From: Phoronis australis
Lineage: Eukaryota; Animalia; Phoronida
Assembly (NCBI GenBank): GCA_002633005.1
Contig: NMRA01000208.1
Span: forward strand, 62,001-126,000
Direction: 5' to 3'
Length of the DNA stretch: 64,000 nt
Under the pieces are notes generated by a model. The model saw nothing but the letters and a program-made list of their open reading frames with translations, was not told where the DNA came from and made no database searches. This document shows positions 52,766-64,000 of this stretch, in pieces (position 1 is the stretch's first letter; each line of letters starts with the position of its first letter). The position numbers and the translations under genes are program-made.

Positions 52766-53987
52766 GATGAATCATAATGCCCGTCATCTAATCTGTTCGT
52801 TTTGTTTAAACGGCAGAGGTTTATGGTTTCTACAGCGCCTTATTGGTCACTCCACTGATAGTAGGGACCTCTGTCTTGCGTGTGCGGTTTTGAATGAAAA
52901 GAGATATTTCATGGCTGGCCGATCAAAACACCTCATAATGGAAGTCATCGAACTGATTTTAGCCAATCAGAAGGCAGAAATATTAGTGGTCGTGTAATAA
53001 TTGTTATTAATTCATTTGTCGTAATATTGTATGTCTAAGCGGATATCTTGTGAATACATATTCAGCAAGCAGATCTAGTATTCATCGTACAGCTACGTGT
53101 TCTCGGATATTTACTGGTTTTACGAAGCTCTCCGGAGACACTGCAAAAATATTGATCCGGATCGTGTGCAGTAACATTAGCTTGTGAAATACGGTACTTT
53201 AAAGTCTTAGGACGAAGTATGTGATGTGCCGGTTTTCATCAATTTTCTATTATTAGATTACTGTCGACATAATTTGATCTTACGCACATTTTGGTAATAA
53301 CACAACGCGATTACACACGGAACGACTGTAACGTCGCGTGGTATGGTAAAGCGACGTTTTCCCTTAAATACATTCTGGTGTGAAAGTGCCTTCTTTTCAA
53401 TAACATTTTTCTCAATTTAAGTAGAACATTTGACCTGGAAGAAAGAGGAATTAGAGAAACCATTTAATCGAGTTGTGAACCACGGAACAGTCTAGCTCTA
53501 ACACCCCTTCTCACCATATCAGCGGAAGCAACCAAGCCTTGTCATAAAGATCAAACTTTACCATGAGACCGGAAACTTACTACCTTATGAGCACGCATCA
53601 TAACTTTACAAACAATTACCCTTAACACTGAAGCTGAACTTTAACCACACCTACACAGACTGACCACATATCACAGGGGTATTGCACTGAAGGTTTTGCC
53701 CGCTAAGAGTTTTTGTGCTTGGTAGGAGTGCTTAATTACAGTATGTGATAAGATTTTATGAATTTTGTGGAGAATGGTAGTCTTCCACTACGTGGTAATT
53801 GGCCTGGCGTCTTTGGTAAAGGTTTAATAACTACAACGGGGTCGGAACAGACGGCAATAACGACACTCCACAGAACGCAGCCCCTATGTTTCAAACCTCA
53901 TTCACGACAAGGGAGTTCTTAAAGACGTGGACTTAAAAACTTTTCGCAAAAGCTAATTTATCTAGTAAAAACATTTATCCCACCTAC

Positions 53988-54963
53988 CTAGCTGTGTCGT
54001 CATCTGATGATGTACTCTTTCAAGAACCGGTTCTTCAAGTGTATCTTCTTCTTCGCCCTGGCCTCCTCTCTTGCGTTCGGCTTCACCAACTTGTTCAACT
54101 CCCGTCTCCCCAGCTGTAGACCTACTCTGTTCTTCTGCTTCTATCCCTTTCAGTATATCTTCAATTCTGATTGCTTTTCTTATAGATTCGATCTCGCTTG
54201 GTATTAAAGCTGAACTTCCTGTTATCTGAGATAACGTAGCCATGTCCAGGGCGTCCAAGAGTCTTTTGTTTTCCTCCAAGATCAGGTCAGTTTTGAGATC
54301 TTCATAGGATATTTCCACTTCCTGTGGTGATTCACTAGTTATCTCTTCGCTTTCGCCATTGGCGTCGCCCCTTTTGTCATATTTTACCCTTTTTCTTACT
54401 TGATAATCACCTCCATTATCGTCTACTTGGCCAATGCGAGATTCATCGGCTTCTTTTTCCCTGTCATCGGATCCTTCATCAGTCTTGAAGAGATCGTTTA
54501 ATGCCTCATCGTCAGATGATTTCATACCGTCGTCCTCACCATCAATGGACGGACCAAAAACACCCTGGAGTTCATCATGATTTGCTGGAAGTTTTTCGGA
54601 TTGATCCTTTTCTGGATTTCTCATCTTTCGAATAATCTCTTCCAAGATGGCGCGGTAGGGAATGTTGTCGTCGTCCGGTATGTTTTCTGCACGAGTACTC
54701 GCCATGTTGTTATTTGTCGTGTGTTCTTCTTGTGGGCCAAAAGGTCTGTTATACCATGTAATGTCCGAGGACGGATGCTCATAGGCGGAGTCGTAATAGG
54801 AATTTCTGGCAGCCATTTGCCTCCGTTGTCTTTGAATGGACATCAGCGCCCTCCTCAACCCGTCATCGCTTTGGTTTTCAAGTCCGGATAGGTATTGTGA
54901 CGGGAAACTACTTACTGCGGCTATGAGCAAAGATACACCGAGGACACGTCCGTTAATTTTCAT
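53988..54963 (-). CDS. Secreted acidic prohormone/granin-like precursor with C-terminal PLA2-like domain; coding exon 1
   Basis: Acceptor ttattttag at 54974-54973 followed by GTAGCCACCATG (strong Kozak), so an untranslated upstream exon is implied. Signal peptide MKINGRVLGVSLLIAAVSS, D/E-rich body, basic sites RR, RQRR, RK, RKR, KR, KR, RK, RKR. Donor CTAG|GTAGGT at 53988/53987, phase 1. Confidence 0.88.
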
Positions 54964-55075
54964 GGTGGCTACCTAAAATAAGAGACAAGAGAATTATGGC
55001 GTAAAATGTGGATATGTGAATAGAAGAACAACGTTTTCCACATAATATATATACATATGCATATTCAGAAACATA

Positions 55076-55080
<5 letters not shown>

Positions 55081-55148
<68 letters not shown>
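55081..55148. repeat. (GT)34 microsatellite
   Basis: Pure GT run about 110 bp upstream of the precursor's first coding exon, inside the presumed 5'-UTR intron. Confidence 0.98.
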
Positions 55149-55151
<3 letters not shown>

Positions 55152-57090
55152 GGCGTGTCTTTTCTTAGCTCTGGTGGAAACAAACCTTCACACATATGTC
55201 TATTCGTAACGAGACTTGTGTCGAACGTAAAAAATAACATTATTTGCTTCTGATTTCCCTTTTCATCACTGGTTTTCATGAATATAGCTAATCATTTCAC
55301 TGTAAGTGCTTGTTCCTTGTAATTTAATTACGATGAATTGAAATACCAGTAACCACGATTACCTAGCTACACGTGCGTACCTTAATGAATTAATTTCGTG
55401 TCACTGGACAATTATCAGGATTAGACCAGAGGTGCGTTTATGTGCAACCTTTGGCTTGTCTGTTCAATTAGAAAATGATGGGACATTTTTCGATAACCAA
55501 ACTGAAGATCAAATGTGTTGATCATGATCAACCAGGTACTACAAGGGGTTCCTTCCACTCAATAGCTACAAGGGACGTGCCGCTCAGGCGGGTGATTTTT
55601 TCACGATCGCTTTCCCCACAAAAGGATGCCTCGTCTGACTGAAATCCCCGAAAAAGAGTTCACGTTTTACGTTTTACCTCTAGATAAGAGTCCATTTTGC
55701 GACACAATCCCTCGAAAGGTCGCATATTTTATCAAAGTTTGTTGAGTTAAAACGAAAAAAGTTTATTCAAATTTCTCTCTTAAAGCAGCATTTGTGGCAT
55801 TTAAATCCCCTATAAAAGGGTGGTTTGAAACTCTGTAAAAGGATATCATGCAAAAAAATTCAGTGAAAGGGTGCCTTTTTCATAAAGGCTCCCTACAATT
55901 GGATCCCGCCTTTTAATCGTGATCAGTCTCTAAACGGTTGCGATTTCACCTTGCCGACATTCTATAAGGTTGGGTATCTAAACTTCCCAGCGGCACACCT
56001 CCTAAGAACCACTCTAGTTCCGCCCTCTATACCTGTCTGCTTCATGCAAATGTTTCCAAGAAAGACCACCAGCTGACTCAAGGTTTTCTCGATATTTACA
56101 AATAAGACAGCAATGAACTATAACGTCACATTACCTTTCCCAAAGTTGTCAAATCAGTAAGTTATTTACGACATGCGAGCAACAGTCACGACTCCTGCCA
56201 CCTGAACTGCTATTACAAAGACTGCTCACAAGAAAATGAGTCGCGAAAACACGATTTCGTCCACACAGTCCTGATAATTATATCCTCGATAATAAAACAC
56301 AGCCCACTGATATCGATTAATAATCGGTTGGCCGGTATAACATTTGCATTGTGTTGAACATACTGTACCGACTTGGCGTCATTGCTTAGGCTTCAGTCAC
56401 GAATTTCTCCGTATGGTAAACACGTTAACAGACAATCATTGTTCGCGGTAATGACTAGTGTTGTAAAGCGAAAGAAATTGTGATTTTAACTGAAGTCGAC
56501 ATTTTGGTTATCCGATGATAAATATTACACTACATTAATAATCGCGGATGAAGCTAAGGAAAAACATTATTCTGGCAACGTAAGAACAAAATACAATATA
56601 TCGTTGGATATGGTCTCAACATGAAAAGAGGTAGCCCATCCACTCTTTCACATTGATACTAACCCTATCCATGCCCGTGGATATCGTTTTCTTTGAAAAC
56701 ACCCCCAGCATCAATTCAGCTATTTGATTGTTACAACACACATAACAACAGGCTGACAGCACGTTAATTACGTAGCTAAAAGTGCTGTCTCTTCGTGACG
56801 AGCAAAGGAAAGTAGCCATTTGCACTACAGTTAACCCCAAGTTAACCCCTTCTTTGGACTGTAGTGTTATTGGCTTATTGGATGTTGACAATGTACTTTG
56901 TTGCCTAAGCATGCTAACTGGTCTTCGTAGGGACTTGAAGACTGCTTTGACCTCCAATAACTCGTGTTAGGCTATTTTGATAGCGCGTACATTTATCTGA
57001 CACGTGTGTTTGCATCTTTTATTTTTATTTAGACAGAGATGATAAATGAAACTTTACCACGTACGAGTAGTAGAGCAATTACGACCTAGT

Positions 57091-57161
57091 AGCGGAACCA
57101 TCAGTACGTGAGCGGAACCATCTGCACGTGAGCGGAACCATCTGCACGTGAGCAGAACCAT
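57091..57161. repeat. 20-bp tandem repeat, ~3.5 copies
   Basis: agcggaaccatctgcacgtg units. Confidence 0.9.
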
Positions 57162-58052
57162 TAACATTCTCCATACAATATTTTGCTTAATTCGAGATGG
57201 TGCTTTCTTTCCAGTTGGTCATTTGCACACAGAAGACTTTGTGTTTACAGTCATTTGTATCACAACGAGAGTCCCCTCGTGAACATGCGTGAACTGGCCT
57301 TTCTGGTCTTAGGGTGGGTTAACAAAGCTAGTACAAGCTTGGATGATTTGACGGTGGTTAGTGAATGGTGCTGTTTTCATTGAAAATGGTTTCTATAATT
57401 ATTTTCTTAGAGTTCAACAGTTACGCTTTTGTGAAAAACAGTTGCTTTAATTTCGTAATTTGTTCATTTCAACTTGAAACGACATTTACACATCATTTTG
57501 TTTCCTAATGGTCGATTAGCCTTAATCACAATCCTTACTCTCCCTAATGAGATCACCAATCTTCTTTAAACGTACATCTAAGCTCAGGGTTTCACTCAAT
57601 GGATGTTCAACCACGATATATGTATAATCTACATATATCTTCAATATACGTTATCTACTCATCCAGAATTTGTTCGTGTCTTACAGATTACTAAATAAAT
57701 CTCCAGCCTTATTTTACGACTTGTCTGCAAGCGGTGTAGCTTGAACCTTCCTTTTGACATGATATTCGTGCACGAAAAAAGACTTTTGTACTCAGAATCG
57801 TAGTCAAAAACATCATCAAAGGCTTCCAAACACTCGTGTCACAGAAGACCTTCTCTGATCTCTGAAAAGAACCATTGTCACACAGACGAACCCTTGCTAT
57901 TATCCACAGAACACTTAGTAATATTTTCCTTAGTATACAAGCAACAACATCTACAACGACGCACAGACGCACGTCACGCACAATTGTTGTTTCCGTGATT
58001 CTTTGTGTTCGTCAAGAGCTGTTGTAGTGTGTGATAACTGTTTTATGGAGAG

Positions 58053-58200
58053 AGGTTAAAGGTTAAAGGTTAAAGGTTCCCCTTGGGTGACAAGGGCCCT
58101 GCTCTGTGGTGAATATGCTGCACCCCGTGAAAGAGTTCGATTCATCAGCCTGGTATTAGAAATTCCACTTGCCCATGCTTTGCATGGTGCGACACACAGA
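58053..58200 (-). mobile_element. Possible SINE/LINE 3' end
   Basis: Minus strand ends in an (AACCTTT)3-4 tandem tail after a GC-richer segment, as seen in invertebrate non-LTR element tails. The 5' boundary is unclear. Confidence 0.35.
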
Positions 58201-60199
58201 TAATAGTGATATGTATGAACAAAAATAAAGATCATCGCAAAGCGTGTGCATCCCAAATGGCAAACAAATAAGGGTTGTTCATTTTTTGAAAACTGCAACA
58301 GTACTGAGTTGGATCTATCCGAAAGTCAACGTAAACCATGTTATTGTTAACAGGATGACACCAACCAAATTCTATGACGACCCTTTTAAAAAATTTGATA
58401 GATGTTGAGGCAGTTGCAAAAAACAAATCTGCCACTAGAGAACGCAGCAGGATGGATTTGTTTGATTCTCAGCGTCTCCTGGGAACACATTTGTCAAATT
58501 TCTAAACGATCCTTCAGTGAGCTTGGTAGATACTGGGGCAGGCCCAAAAATAAAACTACCACCAGATGTCATAGCAGCAGTCAGACTTGTCCGAAAATCA
58601 CCCGGCCATGCTCTCCTCACGAGAAACATCAAATTTCATGATGATCCTTCAAACTGTTTTCCAGATAAAAGAGCAGACGCCAAAACTGGCATCAAAATAC
58701 TAAAATTGCTACCAGAGAGCTCAAAGCATGACTGAGCTGTCAGGAAATTGTTCGGTGACACCCCTGTCATGATATAAACCTATTAGAGGAACTTGGCAAA
58801 TATGAAATGCAAAATGTAAAATTGTCACTAGCACAGAAGTAGACGAATTTGTCCGACAGTCGTAATTACCATATTCATACGAACACAACTACAAAATTTA
58901 ACTTAGACCATGTATGTGGCTTAGGAGCTACACTTGTGGACACCACATAGACCAACGCCAGACAGAGATGGTGGTACTACGCACCCACATTCCTGTGTGT
59001 GAGCATAAAAAGAGACCTTTGCCTTGGTGGAAAATATGATATTCTGCCAAGAGAGCATAATATAACAATACGAATTCTGAAAGCCCTTACGACATGATAT
59101 GACGTAGTTTGCTTCGTTTCGCTATACCCGGCAGTTTTGCCCTCGCATGAGAAGTCATGCGATGTCCAGAACTTTTAATTAACTTCTGATTAGCAGTAGC
59201 ACTTGGGTAAGGCTCTGACAAAGAAATTTACCGCGTTACTGTTTCGACTCTTATAAATCAAGCAATAGCCAGGGTTTGTCACACCAGTCAGTGGTCGTTA
59301 CTTCTTGGCCGTTAAAGTCAGAACAAACATTGATCGATGATGTTTTGTCTCTAGTTACTAAAATCGAAGGTGTGAAGTCGGAATAACTGATCATTAGCGG
59401 AGAAGATCGATGAGCCTTACAATGCATTAGGCGGTCAAGCAGTCAGTCACCGGATGTGAGGCAACTTCTCATAGATATCTACTGATTGATGATTTGTAAA
59501 TGAACGTGAGTGAATGAGACATGTAACACAAACGGTATGATGTACGACTAGCTTATACGTTGAAGTCTAAACACTGTTTGCTTACATTGGATAAGGTGAC
59601 AAACAATGCGTACTCGTGTGGTTTACTCTCCATGCATAAATAATAGTCAATAATCAAATATCTATATTGTGATACTTGCGATTCTGTGCAGCAAACTCCG
59701 CCTAGCCGGGACTGTGTGATATACAATACCAGGAAGATATTACCAGGAAATGAAAAATGTTTTTACCTACAATGTTTGGAAGTTGACATTCATGAAAATC
59801 ACAAATCATTCTATTTTCAGTCTTTCAAACTTGATCAAGGTTTCGTTGTGGAAACAGGAAGGCGCTACAAACTAGATCACTGGTCTCCTGTTTTCCGCCA
59901 TTGCAATTGATGGTCAAGAGACCAAACGCCTTCTACCTATTATATCATTTGGCAGGAAAATTGGAAAATAACAAATTTTTCTTCAAAATGAAAAATTTCG
60001 CGACTATTTGGCATAAAAAGTGCTTATGTAGGTAGATTTTATGGTATCCATTTCATATTTGCTGAAACCTCAAAGCTAAGAAAATGCATTGTGGGAAGTG
60101 TCCTTAAAAGGGAATTTTATTTTATTCCGAATAAATTTTGCATATTTTTTCTGTGTTTTTGATCACTTTCACTAATAATTTAACAGCAAAAAGTAAATA

Positions 60200-60466
60200 G
60201 ACATTTTTTCAAGAAACTCAAAAAATTGATTCAAATAGATCCATAATCGCCGATGGAAAGCCGACCCAAAAGAACGCATCACAATGTTAGCAGCTGCCGA
60301 ATAACGGCAGAACGCTAATTTTTCCAACACTGGTAAATAAGTTAGTTTACTCAAGGAAGAGAGTAGTTTTTAATGACACTAATTTTAAATCAGATTTTAT
60401 TTGTCCATTTTTTACTCACATTGGCGCAAAGCTGTATATTTAGTATGCAACTTTGCACCAAGGCTA
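60200..60466. mobile_element. Inverted homologue of the 44220-44500 element fragment
   Basis: See the 44220-44500 feature. Confidence 0.65.
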
Positions 60467-61556
60467 GCCGCTATGGCAACCGATGGTATGCAATGTCCCT
60501 CCCCTTAGGAGACACCTTTTTCGAAGAGTTCGAACAACCCGGTGTCATACAAAAGGCATGGCGCAATTTGGGCAAATGTGAGTTTTATTTGTATGTTAGA
60601 ACCGGTTAACTGCTGCATTATTTTTACTACAGTTATTTTTAATGACAGCGTTTATCGCCTGTTGCGTAGAACTACATTATTCAAATAGTAGCACCCTAAC
60701 CAGAAAACTGTTATATTCGGTAATCAGCTGGCGATAAAACACGTGTCGTGAAGATAAGCTATGGCTAAGTTCAAAGCCAATGAGAAAATACAAGAGATGG
60801 GTCGGTGGGCGAGAGCTAAGTTTCTCTGACGATCAAAATCTGCCACTGATTTGGCTCTTCAAGCTTAAAAATAAAATCAAAAGCTATCAACCCGCCAGTA
60901 AAAAAATAAAGTAGACTGGAGTATTAAAAATAAAATGACGAAAAGAGTTGTGAAACATATTTAAAATCAACGATCGTTTGGGAAATGGTCCTTTATCAAG
61001 ATGAACTCAAGTTTTCGTTTTTAGTTATTTTAATATCTAAAATGTCAATAATCCGGTACTTTCGACATTTCAGGTTGTATCTCTGTGCAAATGTCAGAGA
61101 AAACCAATTTCGGTGTATAAACAATTAACCATCACTACTGAGAAAGTATTACTAGCGATTACCTTGCCGCCTCATTACCTTGAAGCGCGTGCTGAAGGGT
61201 CATTACAACAGTTGTCTGAGGGCAAACGGAATGAAATAGCACAAAACCAATACCAACATTTGAAGCATCGTACGAAATATTAGTTTGGTATGCGACTTGG
61301 ATGTAGTAACAACTGTACATATTTCAAGCATTCCAATTAGGACTTCCTTGAATACGGTAAGTCAGGAAATGCGTAAAGTACTTCACATCGCTCGTGGAAA
61401 TTCAATGTTCACCTCCTCGTGAACTAGACTCCACTCCGTCTTTTTGATCAAGCAGTATATTCAAAATGTTGCTGTTAGCAGTTACATCTAATTGTAATCG
61501 ATGACTTTCGAAACAGCCGGGCCACACTGAAATTCGCTATCTCTCCAGGTGGCGAT

Positions 61557-61810
61557 CAGGGGCCCGTTCCAAGAAACTGACTTAAGTTCATTATTGACTT
61601 AAGTCTAAGATTTGTCTTAACTTCCAAACTTTGAAGCTTCCATATCTGGTAAATTCATCAAAATTAAGCCATAACGTACGTCAAACACTTAAATCAAGCT
61701 TAACATCTCTTTCTTGAAATGATTTTGAGACAAATTGAACTTTTATTTTAAAATTTAGTAAAATTTAGGAATTGTCTTAGCTAAGTCAGTTTTGTTGGAA
61801 CGGGCCCCAG
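61557..61810. mobile_element. MITE family B, copy 2, with a 3-bp CAG target duplication
   Basis: CAG|GGGCCCGTTCCAAGAAACTGACTTA ... TAAGTCAGTTTTGTTGGAACGGGCCC|CAG. Confidence 0.82.
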
Positions 61811-61822
61811 GTCTTTTTGGAC

Positions 61823-61895
61823 CTCGCTGGTTCCCTTCATGTCCGCTAGGGGTAGAGTACTCTATCCCCTTGCGGACAAGCAGGGAACCATCGAG
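61823..61895. repeat. 73-bp imperfect palindrome (minimal family C element)
   Basis: ctcgctggttccct..tgtccgctaggggtagagt | actctatccccttgcggaca..cagggaaccatcgag. Confidence 0.75.
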
Positions 61896-64000
61896 TTTGT
61901 GGTTAGGCGTTGGCAGTGCCACCTACGGATCACATGTAATGCGGACGTAAGGTTTCAACCAATGAGCTTTATAATAAAAAAATAACTGCAGGCGGTCTGA
62001 TACACGTTATACCAGACGTGCACAGGCCTCACATGTGGGCCCATTGCACTGATCACCTGGAAATATTTTTATGGTTTATTAATAAATGCTTAAAATGAGC
62101 TTTATACATCTAGCTATATTTATTTCATTGGTTTCAATATTATAGCACTTTTCCCGGCTGCTTTATAATACCGGCAAATTTCCACTGCTGTATGATGAGA
62201 TGTACTAATGCCTTGCAAGAAAGGCAAGACAAACCTTTTGAACTACCAATGCACGAACAATGACATTTTGTGATCCATACATTTCCCAATTGCGAAGAGG
62301 AAAAGACAAGACTTCAATCTGACTTACGTTTTTGATTCAAGTTTTGTCTTAAATTTTACTAATTCACTAATTGAAAGTTGAGACAAATCTCAGACTTAAG
62401 TCAAAAAGGAATTTTGTTGGACTAGGTTCCTGTTCTTTTATATTGGCGATTGGTTTCTCTTTAGATTCATGAACTGTTTCTTTTGCAACCTTAGCTGTAA
62501 ACCTTAATTTTATTTGGGTTATTCTTGAAAAAGGAAATAACTACTACTCCAGTAATTTTATACATACTTTATATACGCTTAGTGTAAAAATCATTTAAAG
62601 TAGACTTAATGTTGACGTTTATTATTTTTTGAATTGATGATTGCGTCATAGTCATTATTTAATTCTAATTACGTATTCACTGCTTGCACGAATTCGCCAT
62701 TGTGCTTAAAAACTGGAGACGCGATCTCCTGCAGCGTCACAAGAAATCAAGAATGTGTCAGCGTGTAGTGGTAACCGTTGCGTTTCGTCTTGTTTAACTG
62801 GCTAAAAAAAACGAAAATCGTGACAATGACATAACAACCTAACGGGAAATAATCAAGTCCTGCTCGAAGTCACAATCTGAAGTATGTTTCCCTGCACTTA
62901 ATATACGTTTGCTTTCTGTATAATGAATTGTTTAATTTCCGGTAGATCGTCGCCGAATGAATGCAGCCTGATGAAATCATAAACAAAGACAAAAAGACGA
63001 CATCGCGAAATGAAATATCTGACGTCGAAATTGTAAAATAGGCTTCCACTGTTGGTTTCTGTTCTCTAAGAGTGAAAAGCTAGCAAAAACCCGAACGCAA
63101 AGAAGTATAGTATACGGCAAAAATTGGTGTTATAAGAACTGTATGCGCTTTCAAATTTTCACTGGGGGACATTCAGTCAGTTTTATAGAGCCGACAGATA
63201 AAACATGTAATAGATATAGATAAAACGAAGCGTTTGTTCAAACAAATTTTCTTCATTAAGATGTGATTGTAGAAATATCTACTCATGTCAAAGATAATAG
63301 GGCGAATTGTTAGAACACTGTGTTCCTTCCGTCTCAACAGCCATTATTGATTAGTGCACCGTCATTCGATTACTCTCTTTCATTATTTATGAAATTACGA
63401 CTGACGGAACCGCGTTTTTCACCACAAAATATAATGGGTTGTAACTGTAATGTACAGGATGCAGTTGGCGTCATTAAACACGTGCTTTCTGCCGCAAGAC
63501 AAGTTTTTATTAAGATCACTTTCTGGTTTTAACTTCGTCCTTACTCTCACACAAAGAATTTTTTTCTGCTCGAGTCATGTTAACGTTATCTTATTTTGAC
63601 AAACCTTTCGAGATCTTTTATAGCATTTAATAACGCTAATGTCTTGCAAGCTTGGCCAAATCCGCTAGAGCGGATGACCGCTACTGACATCGACTGGACG
63701 GCTACACCAGTATGGAGAATTGCGGGAGTAAACAGTACCAACATCCAGAACAGTCACGGATTCCATTGAATAAGCAGCGACACCCGGCGGCGCGCCGGTC
63801 CAGCGAGTGTCTTGCGAGTACCTAGCGTTATTAAACACAGCCCTGAATTCACCAATGACGAACTTAAATAGAAATTTAATTTAGTTACTTAGTGCATTTT
63901 GTTGTTTAAATGTGAGTTTATAAAATGTGCGTAATGTGAACAAGATGGACAGTTTCACAAAGGTAAGTAACACGTGACAACACGGACAGAGATTGTAATC

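Noticed and set aside
53962-53987. C-terminus GRWDKCFY* of the 333-aa ORF
   Set aside because: It begins exactly at a strong G|GTAGGT donor whose phase matches the PLA2 exon, so it is treated as intron read-through. A short unspliced isoform cannot be excluded.
54953-55279. ORF with a poly-(HT) run
   Set aside because: It is the translation of the (GT)n microsatellite in an intron.

Overview
AT-rich (roughly 37-38% GC by eye), intron-containing eukaryotic DNA, most likely from an invertebrate animal (inferred from gene content, GT-AG splicing and repeat types). Most ORFs in the supplied track are spurious. Three spliced genes could be rebuilt by hand with consistent splice phases. (1) A minus-strand receptor with a signal peptide and a Venus-flytrap (ANF-receptor) ectodomain, like GABA-B/class C GPCRs: 7 coding exons from 19014 down to 350, continuing beyond the left edge. 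(2) A plus-strand two-exon LicD/fukutin-family type II membrane protein, 26198-29803, 307 aa. (3) A minus-strand three-exon secreted precursor, 54963-33434, about 429 aa. It joins a long acidic granin/prohormone-like region with many dibasic sites to a C-terminal 10-Cys domain resembling conodipine (group IX) phospholipase A2, with an intact CxxHDxCY motif; this is the most interesting object in the window. The rest is intron and intergenic DNA with MITEs, decayed transposon coding fragments (Penelope GIY-YIG, YqaJ-like nuclease, possibly DIRS gag), a 16x41-bp minisatellite, microsatellites and a ~0.8-kb near-identical duplication across an N-gap. No rRNA, tRNA or CRISPR array was found.
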